A DNA stretch of 62,038 nucleotides, filler included. It is 3 parts of 3 records of this genome, joined end to end, with 100 filler letters (N's around TTAATTAATTAA, not from the genome) between each part and the next. Parts side by side here need not be neighbours in the genome. Positions count along the whole stretch, not along the records: positions 1 to 27,490 come from DRR723986_3112; 2 more parts are not named here. One strand, 5' to 3'. Position numbers and translations under genes: made by a program. Below are positions 1-9,627 of the stretch, one piece after another. The notes below the pieces were generated by a model. That model did no database searches, had not been told where the DNA came from, and saw only the letters and a program-made list of their open reading frames with translations. Every line of letters starts with the position of its first letter. Within the stretch, counting starts at the first letter, position 1.

Positions 1-1
1 G

Positions 2-139
2 CAGTTGTTTGGCGGCTACGGCTACACCACCGAGTACCCCATTTCACGTTTCTATACCGATGCCCGCATCCAGCGCATCTACGGTGGCTCGTCGGAAATC
101 ATGCGCGAGCTGGTCGCCAGAACCATGCTCGGCCGCTAG
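2..139 (+). CDS. Acyl-CoA dehydrogenase, 3' end (partial at window edge)
   Basis: Frame 2 reads QLFGGYGYTTEYPISRFYTDARIQRIYGGSSEIMRELVARTMLGR*, the ACAD C-terminal signature (QxxGGxGY...RxxRIYxG.SEI). Confidence 0.9.
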   Translation, partial: QLFGGYGYTTEYPISRFYTDARIQRIYGGSSEIMRELVARTMLGR

Positions 140-280
140 TCTCCCCGCTGTATCCCCCGGCGCCAGCCGGGGGCAAAAACCCCCGTTTTTCCTGCCTCTC
201 AGGCCGCTTCCCTATTGCCTGCAGACCCGGTAATCTGTGCTTCTTTCCCGTTTTTTTTCTAACACAGATAGTGAGATTAC

Positions 281-1699
281 ATGCACCAGCTAACTGGCCT
301 GGACGCCTCTTTTCTTTATATGGAAACACCCAACGCCCCGATGCACATCTCCGGACTATCGATTTACGATCAGTCCACCGCACCGGGCGGCAAGGTTCGC
401 TTCAAGGACGTTATCGCGCACTTCAATGAGCGCGTCAGGCCGATCCCCACCATGACCCGGCGCCTGGTCGAGGTGCCCTTTGATCTGGACCACCCCTACT
501 GGGTCAGCGACGGTAATTTCGACCCGGAATTCCACGTTCGCCACATCGCCTTGCCCCAACCCGGTGACTGGCGCCAACTGTGCATCTTGATCTCGCGTCT
601 GCACGCAAAACCCCTGGATCGAGCACGCCCATTATGGGAGGTATACATCATCGAGGGGCTGAATAACGTTGATGGCGTGCCAGCAGGCAGCTTCGCGGTG
701 TTCAGCAAGACCCACCATGCAGCCATCGACGGCAGCTCAGGCGCGGAAATGACAGCGGCGATCCATGACTTGAGCCCCGACTACAGTGCACCAAGACACC
801 CTGCGGTGATCGAGGTTGATAACCAGCCGTCCAGAGCGGAGCTGATCGCCAGGGCGCAGTGGAACAACCTGCGCAAACCGTTCAACTTCCTTAGCGTGGC
901 GAGAAATACCGTGCCCGGCATGGCGCGTGCCTGGAACCAGGTGCGCAAGGGAGAACTGCACCAGGTCAAGACCGTTCCCCGGGTCCGGTTTAACGGTAAG
1001 GTGTCACCACACCGTGTATTCGAGGCGGTTACATTCGAACTCAGCGAGATCAAGGCAATCAAGAACGCCCTGCCGGGGGCAACGGTAAATGATGCGGCGG
1101 TTACCATCGTCGGCGGCGCCCTGCGTCGCTATCTAGAGCACCACGAAGAGTTGCCGAAGGAGAGCCTGGTTGCCATGGCCCCGGTCAATGTCAGGACCGA
1201 GAACGAAAAGGGTACCGGCGGGAACATCGTGTCAGCCATGGCCGTCCAGGTGCGCTCTGATATCGATGACCCGATGGAGCGCTTGAAGGCGGTGCACGAG
1301 AGCACCAGCCAGGCCAAGGAATTGAATAACGCGGTAGGCGCCAAGGCCATGACCGACTACACCCAGTTCATTCCTTCCATGCTGACCGCCCAGGCCGCGC
1401 GCCTGGCCAGCCAATGGGGGCTGATGAGCCGGATGAAGCCTTCTTTCAACTGCGTTATCACCAACGTTCCAGGACCACAGGTACCCCTTTACTCCATGGG
1501 TGCCCAGATGATCAATACATTCGGGACCGGACCCGTGCAGGACGGGATCGGCCTGTTCCAGGTTATCAGCAGTTACTGCGGCAAGTTCACCATCAGTGCT
1601 ACGGCTTGCCGGGAAATGATGCCGGACCCGGAGTTCTATCACGCCTGCCTGCAGGCCAGTTTCGACGAACTGCAACAGGCCACCGGAGGTAAATCTTGA
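281..1699 (+). CDS. Wax ester synthase / diacylglycerol acyltransferase (WS/DGAT)
   Basis: 472 aa; LTGLDASFLYME N-terminus, PLDRARPLW, catalytic HHAAIDG, ITNVPGP. Confidence 0.95.
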   Translation: MHQLTGLDASFLYMETPNAPMHISGLSIYDQSTAPGGKVRFKDVIAHFNERVRPIPTMTRRLVEVPFDLDHPYWVSDGNFDPEFHVRHIALPQPGDWRQLCILISRLHAKPLDRARPLWEVYIIEGLNNVDGVPAGSFAVFSKTHHAAIDGSSGAEMTAAIHDLSPDYSAPRHPAVIEVDNQPSRAELIARAQWNNLRKPFNFLSVARNTVPGMARAWNQVRKGELHQVKTVPRVRFNGKVSPHRVFEAVTFELSEIKAIKNALPGATVNDAAVTIVGGALRRYLEHHEELPKESLVAMAPVNVRTENEKGTGGNIVSAMAVQVRSDIDDPMERLKAVHESTSQAKELNNAVGAKAMTDYTQFIPSMLTAQAARLASQWGLMSRMKPSFNCVITNVPGPQVPLYSMGAQMINTFGTGPVQDGIGLFQVISSYCGKFTISATACREMMPDPEFYHACLQASFDELQQATGGKS

Positions 1700-2403
1700 C
1701 GATGCGTCCTCCGAACCTGCTGCTCGCCCTGACCGACGCGCCCAGGGCACTGCTGGATGCAGGCGTACTGAGCCTGACCCGCCCGCTCCTGCGCCATTCG
1801 CCGCGGGCGGCCTCGCGACAAAGCGTCATGGTATTGCCCGGCTTTTTCGGAGACGACCGTGGCAACCGGCCACTGCTGAAGTTTCTTCGGAACCTCGGCT
1901 ATAACGCCGTCGGCTGGGGCCAGGGACAGAATCTCGGCCCGACCAGCTTCGACGCCGAAGCGCTGCGTGAGCGGATTGAAACCTTGCTCAGCCAGGGCGA
2001 TGGCAAACTCTCCCTGATCGGGCATTCCCTCGGCGGCCTGTATGCGCGGGAGATCGCCAAGGCTGAGCCCCACGTTGTTCGTCAGGTAATTACCCTGGGC
2101 AGCCCTTTCGGGCGCGGTCACGAGCAGGGCTCGCATGCCAGTCGAATCTACCAGCGGCTGAATCCGCAGACCGAACCCGCGGAGGCAGATAATCAACTGG
2201 AAACACCGCCACCGGTGCACACGACGGCGATCTATACCCGCGCTGACGGTATCGTTAACTGGCGGACTTCGGTGCAGGAGGGAGACCATCCGCAGGTTCA
2301 TAACGTCGAAGTTCTGGGCAGCCATATCGGCCTGAATCTCAACGTTACCGTCTGGTACTGGATAGCGCGCAAACTAGCCGAACACGCCGACCGCCAGCAC
2401 TGA
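1696..2403 (+). CDS. Alpha/beta hydrolase (lipase/PGAP1-like)
   Basis: GHSLGG nucleophile elbow, ITLGSP, DGIV and SHIG triad motifs; TTG start overlaps WS/DGAT stop (alternative ATG at 1702). Confidence 0.88.
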   Translation: MTMRPPNLLLALTDAPRALLDAGVLSLTRPLLRHSPRAASRQSVMVLPGFFGDDRGNRPLLKFLRNLGYNAVGWGQGQNLGPTSFDAEALRERIETLLSQGDGKLSLIGHSLGGLYAREIAKAEPHVVRQVITLGSPFGRGHEQGSHASRIYQRLNPQTEPAEADNQLETPPPVHTTAIYTRADGIVNWRTSVQEGDHPQVHNVEVLGSHIGLNLNVTVWYWIARKLAEHADRQH

Positions 2404-2404
2404 G

Positions 2405-3292
2405 ATGAGCGAAAAATACGTCAGGGCCAACGGACTTCGCCTGGCCTACGATGAGTTCGGCGAGCCCGGCCGACCAGTGATTCTGCTGGTGATGGGCCTC
2501 GGCACGCAAATGATTGCCTGGCCAGAAAGCTTCTGCCAGGGTCTGGCTGAGAGTGGATTCCACGTGATTCGCTTCGACAACCGGGACATCGGCTTGTCGG
2601 AAAAACTGGCGGGAGAAAAGATTCCGCGCATTCCCGCCCTGGCCCTGCGTTCAAGGCTGCGCTTGCCACCAAGTGTACCTTACCGACTGCGAGACATGGC
2701 CTCCGATACGGTGGGCTTGCTCGACAGCCTCGCTATACCGCATGCCCACATCGTTGGCGCTTCCATGGGTGGCATGATCGCGCAGATTGTTGCAGCCGAG
2801 CACCCGGACCGGGTACTGTCGCTCACCTCCATCATGTCCAGCAGCGGGAGTCGCCACTTACCACCGGCAAAGCCCGAGGTCCTCGCTGCGATGCTGAAAC
2901 GCGCCGTGGGTCTGGAGAAACCCGACCTGGACAGCTCGGTGGCATTCTGGCGACTCATCGGCAGTCCCGCGTATCAGCCGCCTGACAGCGTGTTACGTCA
3001 GCGCATAGAAACCAGCTACCGCCGCTCTTTTCACCCCGCAGGCTATGCGCGGCAAATGGCTGCAATCATCGCAGACGGCAGCCGGGTCGATTTGCTCAAA
3101 CGCATCAGCCGGCCAACGCTGGTCATTCATGGCAAACAGGATGCGCTGGTCCCGGTAGAATGTGGCATCGACACCGCCCGCCATATTCGCGGTGCAAAGC
3201 TGGCGCTGATCGACGGCATGGGCCACGACCTGCCCGAACCCCTGCTACCCCACTTCGTCGATCTGATCGTCGAACACGCCAACCGTCGATGA
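2405..3292 (+). CDS. Alpha/beta hydrolase (esterase)
   Basis: RFDNRDIGLS, GASMGG, HGKQDALV, GMGHDLP. Confidence 0.92.
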   Translation: MSEKYVRANGLRLAYDEFGEPGRPVILLVMGLGTQMIAWPESFCQGLAESGFHVIRFDNRDIGLSEKLAGEKIPRIPALALRSRLRLPPSVPYRLRDMASDTVGLLDSLAIPHAHIVGASMGGMIAQIVAAEHPDRVLSLTSIMSSSGSRHLPPAKPEVLAAMLKRAVGLEKPDLDSSVAFWRLIGSPAYQPPDSVLRQRIETSYRRSFHPAGYARQMAAIIADGSRVDLLKRISRPTLVIHGKQDALVPVECGIDTARHIRGAKLALIDGMGHDLPEPLLPHFVDLIVEHANRR

Positions 3293-3367
3293 GCTGGCAG
3301 TACAGGCTGACGTCACCACATATTGTGGACTTGATAGCGTAACGACAGTGTTACCGCCTGCCGGGCA

Positions 3368-4603
3368 TCAGGCGCCCGATGCGTGATCATCGGTGCGGGG
3401 ATACGCATAAAATCCCTCGCCGTTTTTGACCCCGCGACGATTCGATTCAATCATTGGCTGCAGATAGTCGGAGATAAGCGCAAGGTTGTCGTCGGTGACG
3501 ATACCGAGGGCTGCCAGTTCCCGATAGCTGTCGAGGAAATCATCCAGGCCAAGGCTATCGAGGGTGCCGAACGGCCCCAGCGGCAACTTGAAACTGGCCA
3601 TCCAGGCGCTGTCTATTTCACGAGGTTCGGCAACGTCATTGGCCGCGATGACAATCGCATTGGCCACCAGAACGCTGATCATCACCCGGTAGATGAAAGA
3701 CAGATCGGTATCCACTTCCAGGAAACCTGCCTGTGAATAGAGCGGATCCGGGTAGGTGTAAAAGCCCTCCCCTGTTTTCGCCCCAAGCGCGCCGGCTTCA
3801 ATATAGGGGGAGACAAACTGCAGTATCTTTTCCTGCAAATGCGCGTTCTGCGGCTTCGGCCGCTGCCAGCTGTCGTGGATAACATTGAGCCCGAACATAT
3901 CCATCAGGCCAAACGGACCAATCGGCGCCTGCTGGTTTCGCATCCAGGCGCGATCAACATCCTCCTTACTGGCAACACCTTCAATAACAAGCAACTGTGA
4001 GACGGTGAGCAGCGCGCCGAGAATGGCATTGATCACATAGCCCGGGTACTCTTTCTTAAGTACCAGCGGAAAACCGCCGAGGCTGTGCACGTAGTCAACC
4101 AGGGTACCTGTCGTTGTTGCAGCCGTGCGCGGTCCTGCCACAACATCAAAAACCACCGAGCCCAGATGAGAGTGCAGCGCAGCGAAACGGTCGCCATGCT
4201 CGACAGCATCCTCAATGTCAGATACCAGTAAACTGGAGGTATTGGTGGTCAGCAAGGTGCTCGGGCTACACAACTGATCGAGCTTGCCGTGGATTTCTCG
4301 CTTGACATCCAATCGCTCCGGCACCGACTCACTTACCAGGTCTGCCCCCTCTACCGCCAGCTCCAGGTCATTGGTAAGACAGATCCGGGAAACGATGCCG
4401 CGCACGTCCTCTACCGGGAAGAAGCCCTCCGCTGCCAAGAGGTTGGCGATCTCCCACAGAGACTGGGTGGCCTGCTCTAACGCCTCAGGCGACAAATCAT
4501 AAACAACCGTATCGTAGCCCGCAGCCGACGCCAGCAAAGAGTTAAAGCAACCCATCGTTCCGCCGCCGACGAAGCAAACCGTGTTGATTCCTGCGGCTCT
4601 CAT
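3368..4603 (-). CDS. 3-hydroxyacyl-CoA dehydrogenase family protein with duplicated C-terminal domain
   Basis: GGGTMG Rossmann motif, ESVPE..K, TNTSS, two GPF..D..G and G.K.GEGFY.YP repeats. Confidence 0.88.
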   Translation of the reverse strand: MRAAGINTVCFVGGGTMGCFNSLLASAAGYDTVVYDLSPEALEQATQSLWEIANLLAAEGFFPVEDVRGIVSRICLTNDLELAVEGADLVSESVPERLDVKREIHGKLDQLCSPSTLLTTNTSSLLVSDIEDAVEHGDRFAALHSHLGSVVFDVVAGPRTAATTTGTLVDYVHSLGGFPLVLKKEYPGYVINAILGALLTVSQLLVIEGVASKEDVDRAWMRNQQAPIGPFGLMDMFGLNVIHDSWQRPKPQNAHLQEKILQFVSPYIEAGALGAKTGEGFYTYPDPLYSQAGFLEVDTDLSFIYRVMISVLVANAIVIAANDVAEPREIDSAWMASFKLPLGPFGTLDSLGLDDFLDSYRELAALGIVTDDNLALISDYLQPMIESNRRGVKNGEGFYAYPRTDDHASGA

Positions 4604-4609
4604 CGGCGA

Positions 4610-5440
4610 CTACGCTCCCAGCACGACAGACCCCAGCGCGCGGGTCCAGCGCTCCGGGAGGACAAGATTGGTGCTGCCCCGGGTGACCAGCGCAGGCCGG
4701 TACTCAAGTACCGGTAATGACGCCAGCGCATTGACGATATGGTATTGGGTTGGGTTTTGCTCCCAGCTAAGCCGGTGCCAGTCGATTTCGCCTTCACCGA
4801 CAAGTACTTCAGTGAAGATATCCTCAGATGGAAATGTCACAGCTTCGTTGACAGCGGGCGGACCAAAACCGCCGATAGCAGGAAGATAACGCCAGGCCAT
4901 CGGGTTGTTGCTTCCCTTCGCGGCCTCCTGCCCTGCCGCTATGTCCTCGGCCGCTACAGGAGTGAGATTGCGGGCGGCAATATCTACAATTTTGTGGCCA
5001 TAGTGACTGGCGTTACACGCCCATTCGCCGTGAGACACACTGTGCTCGGGAATGTCAGCATACACCTTTGGGATACCCTGCACTTCGCGGCCAACAAGAA
5101 TGGGGTCCGTAAGGTTCTCCCAGATAACAAGTGAGTAGGTCCCGCGCAACTGCTCCTCCGCTCCCTTAAACACCACCGCCGCGTTAACGCCGATCATGTT
5201 GTAGCCACGGCCCGCCAACCAATCAACCTGCTTGTTACAGGCATAATAAACCGTAACCACCGCTTCCTCGGCAAGCTCATAGGGCGACGGGATGTAGGCC
5301 GCCAGTTTATCCCTGTCAGTCAGGTAGGATACTGCAATGGCGGTAACATCATGGTACCAACCACTGGTCTTCTCACCGATATAGCGCGGGCCAAAATGGG
5401 CGGGCATCATGTAGGATTGTGTTGGATCCAGCGTAAACAT
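4610..5440 (-). CDS. Acetoacetate decarboxylase-like family protein
   Basis: PILVGREVQGIPK motif (GRE..G.PK with the Schiff-base Lys position). Confidence 0.8.
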   Translation of the reverse strand: MFTLDPTQSYMMPAHFGPRYIGEKTSGWYHDVTAIAVSYLTDRDKLAAYIPSPYELAEEAVVTVYYACNKQVDWLAGRGYNMIGVNAAVVFKGAEEQLRGTYSLVIWENLTDPILVGREVQGIPKVYADIPEHSVSHGEWACNASHYGHKIVDIAARNLTPVAAEDIAAGQEAAKGSNNPMAWRYLPAIGGFGPPAVNEAVTFPSEDIFTEVLVGEGEIDWHRLSWEQNPTQYHIVNALASLPVLEYRPALVTRGSTNLVLPERWTRALGSVVLGA

Positions 5441-5525
5441 AGTTACTCCTTAGTGCGCCTCTCAGCGCTAGCCAAGCTGGCTTTATAGTCATGACTTGGG
5501 GCCACAGGTGCCCGGGTGCTGCGCA

Positions 5526-6947
5526 TTACTCCGACACACCCTGCAATGCCAGCCGCTCACGAATCGCCTTGTGGTCATCTCGACCGAGGCGCAGCTGGCT
5601 GTTAAACAGGAACGCCGCAAAGGCCAGCCCTGCGATAGTGATCACGGAAAAAGCGCCGAGACTCTGCAAGACCCCGAACGCGACCTCGCCGGGGGCGGTC
5701 TGCGGCTGGATGCCCGACAGATCAATGACGACCCCCGCCAACAGTGCGCCTGCGCCCGTCGTGGCCTTCAGTACAAAGGCCTGGGCCGCGAATACCACAC
5801 CTTCCTTGCGTTTGCCGCTGCCCTCTTCCATCTCGTCAAGAATATCCGCCGCCAGGGATGCGCCAAGGACCTGAATGCTGACGATCATAGCCACACCGAT
5901 AAAGGTATTCAGCCAAAGCAGCATGTAGATCAAGGCGTGTCCGTTTTCCGGAAGCAAGCCCAACAGCCGTGCACCGATAAACCAGATGGCGTTGAGTCCA
6001 AGCACAATACTGGCAGCCGCGAGAAGTTTCGGCTTGTCGAACTTCCTGCCCAACATTCCGAGACTGAAAAACGACACGATGGTTGCCATGGCTGTCGGCA
6101 CCACCAGACCCGCCAGTTGGTCACTGCTCAACTCCCAGAAGTAGGTGCCAAGGTACAGGGACAGCGTGGTATAAACGCCCGTGGAAAGCCCGAAGGCAAG
6201 ATTGGCTCCCAGGGATACGCGAAAATTGCGATTCCCGGCCGCTTCCATGAAATCCCTGACTGGCGCACGCCAACCAAATGTTTCGGCGAGCCTGGGCAGC
6301 GGCAGACGGGGAATGACACTGCGGGTACCGATAATGCACACCAGGGTGGTCACTCCGGCAACAAGTGCGGACATAACGCCATAGTCGAGATAATTGGCCT
6401 CGATCAAACGACCGTCCATACCATCCGCAGGCTGGAAGAACACGGCATAGGCAACCGCGGGCAACAGCATGCCTGCCAGCCAGGCAGTAGTAACCCGCCC
6501 CTTGGCAATGGTGGTGCGTTCATCATAGTCAGAGGACAGCTCAGCCCCCATCGCAATATAGGGGATGAAGTAGATCGTCAGGAACGTGCGCAGGAGAATA
6601 GACACGCACAGCAACCAGAAAAAGATGCCGAGTTCACCGAAGGATTCCGGCGGTGCAAACAAGGCCAGAAACAGCAGCGCAGTCGGCACACCACCCAGTA
6701 CGAGGAGTGGATGACGGCGGCCCCAGCGCGATCGAAAGGTATCAGACCAGCTCCCGACCACCGGATCGGATACCGCATCAAAGGAGAGAGCCAGAAACAT
6801 GGCCAGACCCGCCAGGGTACCGCTAAGGCCGTGTACCTGCGTGTAGTAAAAGACCACGAAATTGGCGAACGCAGCGTCTTTTACTGCAAACGGAATATTG
6901 CCGACGGCATAGGACCACTTCTCTCGTCTGGATAGTACGTTCAACAA
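5526..6947 (-). CDS. MFS transporter, glycoside-pentoside-hexuronide (MelB-like) family
   Basis: DAVSDPVVG.WSD...SRWGRRHP motif, AELSSDYDERT, about 12 hydrophobic segments. Confidence 0.9.
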   Translation of the reverse strand: MLNVLSRREKWSYAVGNIPFAVKDAAFANFVVFYYTQVHGLSGTLAGLAMFLALSFDAVSDPVVGSWSDTFRSRWGRRHPLLVLGGVPTALLFLALFAPPESFGELGIFFWLLCVSILLRTFLTIYFIPYIAMGAELSSDYDERTTIAKGRVTTAWLAGMLLPAVAYAVFFQPADGMDGRLIEANYLDYGVMSALVAGVTTLVCIIGTRSVIPRLPLPRLAETFGWRAPVRDFMEAAGNRNFRVSLGANLAFGLSTGVYTTLSLYLGTYFWELSSDQLAGLVVPTAMATIVSFFSLGMLGRKFDKPKLLAAASIVLGLNAIWFIGARLLGLLPENGHALIYMLLWLNTFIGVAMIVSIQVLGASLAADILDEMEEGSGKRKEGVVFAAQAFVLKATTGAGALLAGVVIDLSGIQPQTAPGEVAFGVLQSLGAFSVITIAGLAFAAFLFNSQLRLGRDDHKAIRERLALQGVSE

Positions 6948-7089
6948 GAATCTCCAGTAGTGTTTGCGCGTCGGGGTAATCCCGGCTTAGCCATGCCAGC
7001 CAGGGGAGGAGTCGATGTTCTTAAGCTGCGGAGCTTGCAGCTGGCAGGTCGGGGTACAGGGCCCCGATCCCGCCAGCCGATTATTCGCC

Positions 7090-9453
7090 TCAGAAGAAGA
7101 TCGCGGCTTCAATACCGTAAGTGCGCGGATTGATGGGCCTGCCGGTGCGACGCACGCCGTCTACCAATGCGCTGACAGAATAGTCATTCGCATAACTCAG
7201 CTCGTCGGTGAGGTTTAGCCCGTAGGCTGCGATCTCATAGCGGCCGCTTGCGGGCTGCCAGGAAATCCGTCCATTGAGCTGGTAGTAGCTTTCGATGGTT
7301 TCAATGTCGTCATTGAAGACGGTAACGAACTGATCATCGATCCAGCTGTAGTTGCCGCTGACCACCACAGCGCCGTCACCGACCGGCTGGGAGTAGATCG
7401 CGGAAATGCTGAACTTGTTGTTCGGCGTCCGGTTCAGCTCGTTGCCCTTGACGTTCCGCACATCGCCGGTCTTGTTGTCGGCGACGAAGAAATCATCCTG
7501 ATACTCGGAGCTAAGGTAGGAGTAGTTACCCAACAGCATCAACCTTTCCGTAGCCGCCCAGGTTGATTCGACCTCGAAACCATACACCTCAGTTGATGAG
7601 GCATTGGCGAGCTTACTGGTGACGATGCCGCTGCGGGGATCGAGGATGTCCAGTTCAACCTGAATGTCGGTGTAGTCGTAGTAGAAGACGGCGGAACTCA
7701 GTGACAGCACATCAGCAATCGTGCCTTTGTATCCGATCTCGTAGGCCGTCACTTCCTCGTTGTCGACGATGGACTCATTCTGGGGCGTGGACGGGTCGTC
7801 CTGCATACCGCCCAGGCGGAAACCACCCGGCTTGTAGCCCGTAGATACGGTGCCGTAGACCATGCCTGAATCGCCGATCTCGTAGCTGGCGTTCAAGCGC
7901 CAGTTGACCGCATCCCATTCGTCGGTGTGATCATCCTCAAGATCAGACACCTGGATACCCAGGCGCAGGCAGCCATCGGGCGTAAAGTACGGGTTGCCAC
8001 TTGCGATCAGTTCAGGCAGTCGCGCTTCGCCGCAGAAATCCAGGACCGAGTCGTAGTAGATAACCTGCTCTTCATGGCCATCTTTCTCGTCTTCGCTGTA
8101 GCGCAGGCCCGCGGACAGGCTCAAACGATCCGTCACGGCCCAGTCGATCTGGCCATAGATTGCCCGGGACTCGGCTTCCAGCTGCCCGGTCTGGAAATAA
8201 AAGGTACCACCGGGGTTATCTGCACCGGACAGGTTGTTGATCAGGAAGGGGTTATTGGCATCGCTCAGCTCATAAGGCTGGTCGAGTTCGTTCTTCAGAT
8301 AAAACAGACCAACCAACCACTCGATGCGACCGTCGCCATTGGAGACGAACTGCAGTTCGTGCTGGGTGGTTGTTTCAGCCTGGCCAATGCTCTCCACAAA
8401 GGATGCGGGGCTCGCCGTGCCATCAAAGTCCTTCGCGCCGGCCCAGCTGTAATCCTGGTAGCCGTTCAACAAGCGCACGGAAACATGCTCAAAATCCATG
8501 GTCAGTGTCGACTGGAAGGTCTGCTGGTCGTCAACCGATACCAGACCGCGGAAATCGGAGCTGCGCTTGAACGGATCTCGCTGGTCGGGGGCGTTTTCCA
8601 CCGGAGCAAAGAGCTCCGGATTAATGACGATTTCGCCCAGCTTCGACGGAGCACCCGGCTCATTGCGATACCCATCCAGCTTCGCGCGCTCGAGCGTCTC
8701 GTTTTCAAAGGATGCACTGAAGTAGCGCAGGTTCCAGTTGATATTGTCCGTGAAATCCACGTCCAGTTGGGCTTCGACGTAGTCCGAATCTGTACCCGCA
8801 GGATCGCGCCCGGAGATGTTCTGGTAAAAACTGTCGGCATCGAGCTGACTGTAATGCACAAGGTAACCGACAGCATCCGTAACCCTGCCGCTGCTGGTCA
8901 GTTCCAGGTTCCTGCTGTTGTAGTTACCGGCCCTTACCCGCGCCACGTGCTCATACTCGTAGCCCGGCTTTTTGGTGACGACATTGATCGCACCGCCAGT
9001 GGTATTGCGTCCGAACAGGGTTCCCTGCGGCCCACGCAGGATTTCGATTCGCTCGAGCAGGTCTACCGGCGTCGACAGCGCGGCTGCTTCGCTAGTGTAG
9101 AAGCCATTGTTGTAGACGCCCACACCGGGCTCAGTCCCGGTGCTGCTTGTCTCACGGCCGATGCCACGGATGTAGACGCGATTGCCCTCGCCACCGCCAG
9201 CAGTTTCCTGGTACGACATACTGGGCGTGAAGTTCGCCACATCCTGGGCTGAGTAGATGCCAAGGCTATTAATTTGATCACCGGTCAGTGCGGTAATCGC
9301 AATGGGGGTATCGCTCAGCGTGGCTTCACGCTTTTGAGCGGTGACAATCACCTCTTCGAGCATCGGTTGCGCAGACAGTGCGCCGGCAGACAGACTGGTT
9401 GCTACGGCAAGCAGCAGCTTTGCGGGCTTGAACTGGTTAAGTGGCCTTTTCAT
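7090..9453 (-). CDS. TonB-dependent receptor
   Basis: Signal peptide, TonB box LEEVIVTAQKRE, EILRGPQGTLFGRNTTGGAIN plug motif, C-terminal PRTYGIEAAIFF. Confidence 0.96.
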   Translation of the reverse strand: MKRPLNQFKPAKLLLAVATSLSAGALSAQPMLEEVIVTAQKREATLSDTPIAITALTGDQINSLGIYSAQDVANFTPSMSYQETAGGGEGNRVYIRGIGRETSSTGTEPGVGVYNNGFYTSEAAALSTPVDLLERIEILRGPQGTLFGRNTTGGAINVVTKKPGYEYEHVARVRAGNYNSRNLELTSSGRVTDAVGYLVHYSQLDADSFYQNISGRDPAGTDSDYVEAQLDVDFTDNINWNLRYFSASFENETLERAKLDGYRNEPGAPSKLGEIVINPELFAPVENAPDQRDPFKRSSDFRGLVSVDDQQTFQSTLTMDFEHVSVRLLNGYQDYSWAGAKDFDGTASPASFVESIGQAETTTQHELQFVSNGDGRIEWLVGLFYLKNELDQPYELSDANNPFLINNLSGADNPGGTFYFQTGQLEAESRAIYGQIDWAVTDRLSLSAGLRYSEDEKDGHEEQVIYYDSVLDFCGEARLPELIASGNPYFTPDGCLRLGIQVSDLEDDHTDEWDAVNWRLNASYEIGDSGMVYGTVSTGYKPGGFRLGGMQDDPSTPQNESIVDNEEVTAYEIGYKGTIADVLSLSSAVFYYDYTDIQVELDILDPRSGIVTSKLANASSTEVYGFEVESTWAATERLMLLGNYSYLSSEYQDDFFVADNKTGDVRNVKGNELNRTPNNKFSISAIYSQPVGDGAVVVSGNYSWIDDQFVTVFNDDIETIESYYQLNGRISWQPASGRYEIAAYGLNLTDELSYANDYSVSALVDGVRRTGRPINPRTYGIEAAIFF

Positions 9454-9627
9454 GGATTGAACCCTCGGACGGATGTTTTACTTAGCGAATGACAATTTAA
9501 TGCTTTCTTATTTTGACTGCGTGCAAGTTTATAGCCATTTTATTTGTCTGTCTACATTTTATATTCGCCACATCCGATGCGCGATGCTCTATAATCGACC
9601 GACGCAATCAGTCCGACCCCAAACCCT

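Noticed and set aside
5496-6935. 479-aa ORF antisense to the MFS gene (similarly 7927-9252, 14588-15760, 19204-20577, 34235-35788, 59385-60632)
   Set aside because: Shadow ORFs expected in GC-rich coding DNA; no recognisable motifs, and the opposite strand has clear family signatures
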